From the sequence record MK373775.1: a DNA stretch of 64,000 bases; one strand, written 5' to 3'. The stretch is from Escherichia phage vB_EcoM_WFK. Every line of letters begins with the position of its first letter. Position 1 is the stretch's first letter. Below the pieces are notes generated by a model that saw only the letters and a list, made by a program, of their open reading frames with translations, was not told the origin of the DNA and did not search any database. Positions 62,243 to 64,000 of the stretch are shown one piece after another. The translations under genes were made by a program, and so were the position numbers.

Positions 62243-62800
62243 TTAAAGATGAAGATACCACCCGTTGTAGTTGCTCTTGCGGACGATTTTCTTTAGGTCT
62301 TCATGGTCTCCCACGAACTTTATAGAATAAGAGAAGACGTCAGGTGAGGTTTCTTTGACATTCAATATAATAATACAGTCAGCGACTCGATGATTAAGGA
62401 AGGGCCCTATGTTGATTCCGTTGCCACCCGGATAATCACCACCGTATCCTGTGGTAACCGAAATCCATTTCGAATCCATCTGATGGGTCTTTACTTCTAC
62501 GCGTAGACCACAGTACTTAGGATGAGCTAACACGTCCCATGCATACGTGTACGGGTCTTCTACATCTTCAATACCTTTATTAACATATCCATCTAGCCAA
62601 TTTGCTACTACATACTCTGCAAAGACTGCAACCTTACAACGTCGAACAACGTCTTCTTTTATTTGACCTGGATCTTGTTTCAACGAGTACCGAGCAGTAT
62701 CAGCAATCTTAACCTTCATTTCGCTAGTCAAAAACTCATTCGACAGGATAAATGTCGGAAGACTCTTCAGCCTCAACAGCCCCAAGTTCGTCTTTACCAT
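62243..62800 (-). CDS. denB: Endonuclease IV (DenB), start set to the internal ATG with AGAGG Shine-Dalgarno
   Basis: 185 aa from MVKTNLG..., matching the T4 DenB length and its position next to rIIB; the start remains ambiguous. Confidence 0.6.
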   Translation of the reverse strand: MVKTNLGLLRLKSLPTFILSNEFLTSEMKVKIADTARYSLKQDPGQIKEDVVRRCKVAVFAEYVVANWLDGYVNKGIEDVEDPYTYAWDVLAHPKYCGLRVEVKTHQMDSKWISVTTGYGGDYPGGNGINIGPFLNHRVADCIIILNVKETSPDVFSYSIKFVGDHEDLKKIVRKSNYNGWYLHL

Positions 62801-63023
62801 AGATACCTCTGATGTGTAGTTCGCCAAAATAAATGCGGTCACCTTCTTCAAGATATTCTGCATCTACCGGTGGGATTTCAATAACAACTTCGTCGCATTC
62901 TAACCAGCCGTAGTGTGCATCACCAGGATGTTTTACCAATTTAGCGCAATAAACTGATTTACACTTATGATGACCACGAAGATTAGCAATTTTGGATTCT
63001 GATACGTCAAATGGATGAATCAT
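62736..63023 (-). CDS. Hypothetical 95-aa protein between rIIB and denB, overlapping the denB 5' end
   Basis: ATG with AGGGG Shine-Dalgarno right after the rIIB terminator; overlaps the denB start in another frame. Confidence 0.4.
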   Translation of the reverse strand: MIHPFDVSESKIANLRGHHKCKSVYCAKLVKHPGDAHYGWLECDEVVIEIPPVDAEYLEEGDRIYFGELHIRGIYGKDELGAVEAEESSDIYPVE

Positions 63024-63029
63024 AATTAC

Positions 63030-63060
63030 CCCTAAAGAAAAAAGGGGACCGAAGTCCCCA
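63030..63060 (-). terminator. Rho-independent terminator after rIIB (GGGGAC-UUCG-GUCCCC plus T-run)
   Basis: Minus-strand hairpin followed by TTTTTTCTTT. Confidence 0.6.
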
Positions 63061-63064
63061 ATTA

Positions 63065-63991
63065 TTATTCTGCAAATAATTCAGTAACGTCTGAAATTAC
63101 TTCGTAACGACAAGTACGCATCTTAGCATCGCCATAGTCAACTGGGATAGATACAACATCACGTGGATGAACTTTAACTTTCACAACTTTATCTGAGCTT
63201 GAACCAAAGTGGCGAATATAAGATTTAGCACAAACGTGGAGACCGCGAGAACAGGTTTGAGTATCATCGTCGTTAACTCGAGTACGAGGCATTGAAACAA
63301 CTTTACCTGGGGAGTTATCAAATGTACCACTATAGCAGTCTAAATAGTCCTTACGAACTACTTTCCACGCATAGAAATGACCATCTTCAGTGATTTCAAT
63401 ATCGTTTGCAACCAAGAAGTCGAATAAACGTTGTACAGCTTTTTCGCTTGGGTTTTCTAACAGGTTTTCAAGGAATGGCAGATAGAATTTAAAGTCTTCA
63501 CCTTTTTCCATAGAATCAATAATACGATTAACCAGGCCAGAACGAATCTCTATACCTTGATAAAATAAACTACCACCTTCAATAACAACATTACCGTCAA
63601 CAAACTTACTAATAGCTTTCTTGATGTTAATAAGTTCGACAGCTTTACTAAGGTTTCCTGCGACCAGATTAGCTTTAATTTCTTCAAAATTTGCATGACT
63701 TGATGGAGTCGCATTGTATGCTACGCGTCCTTCAATAATTGAAATAAATTTAGATGACGCATTCCATACGATTTCAGGACGATGGCCGCCGATAATAGGT
63801 TCATCATTTTCTGGAACTTCTTCAACTTTCGAAGTCTCATCTTCGGCTTTAAAATTCTTAACAATCTTACGAAGAGTATCTGTTGAAATGTAGAAGTAAT
63901 CAGCAATTTCCCGACGGGTCCATTGACCTGATTCAACCAGTCTGTAAGCTTCTAACTGTTCTTCTTTGGACAAGCATTTGATATTGTACAT
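63065..63991 (-). CDS. rIIB: rIIB membrane-associated rapid-lysis protein
   Basis: 308 aa; collinear with T4 RIIB (312 aa). Confidence 0.9.
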   Translation of the reverse strand: MYNIKCLSKEEQLEAYRLVESGQWTRREIADYFYISTDTLRKIVKNFKAEDETSKVEEVPENDEPIIGGHRPEIVWNASSKFISIIEGRVAYNATPSSHANFEEIKANLVAGNLSKAVELINIKKAISKFVDGNVVIEGGSLFYQGIEIRSGLVNRIIDSMEKGEDFKFYLPFLENLLENPSEKAVQRLFDFLVANDIEITEDGHFYAWKVVRKDYLDCYSGTFDNSPGKVVSMPRTRVNDDDTQTCSRGLHVCAKSYIRHFGSSSDKVVKVKVHPRDVVSIPVDYGDAKMRTCRYEVISDVTELFAE

Positions 63992-64000
63992 AATGTTTCC

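Overview
This window is a contiguous stretch of a T-even (T4/T2-like, Tequatrovirus-type) myovirus genome, read from protein motifs, gene sizes and T4 synteny without any database search. I did not find a novel biological system: it is an ordinary, densely packed T-even region, with no tRNA, rRNA or CRISPR array detected. Gene order runs: head genes 21(partial)-22-23-24; rnlB; a shortened hoc; inh; uvsW, uvsW.1, uvsY; baseplate and tail-tube genes 25-26-51-27-28-29-48-54; alt; DNA ligase 30 and the 30.x cluster; rIII; 31; cd; an AroG-like DAHP synthase; pseT; a spanin pair; alc-like; rnlA; denA; nrdB split by a group I intron carrying a full-length I-TevIII-like HNH endonuclease; nrdA; a free-standing HNH endonuclease; intron-less td; frd; 32; 59; 33; dsbA; rnh; long tail fibre genes 34-35-36-37 with a T2-type gp38 adhesin; holin t; asiA; arn; motA; 52; ndd; denB; rIIB. 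The most important single observation is a probable assembly artefact: an Illumina Nextera adapter read-through plus about 176 bp of unrelated sequence sits inside gene 34, flanked by a 55-bp direct duplication. Other points worth a second look are the phage-borne DAHP synthase, the in-frame deleted 'mini-Hoc', and the homing-endonuclease content around nrdA/nrdB. The supplied ORF track accepts non-ATG starts, so several starts were moved to an internal ATG with a Shine-Dalgarno sequence. Coordinates of promoters, hairpins and splice sites were counted by hand and may be off by a few bases.
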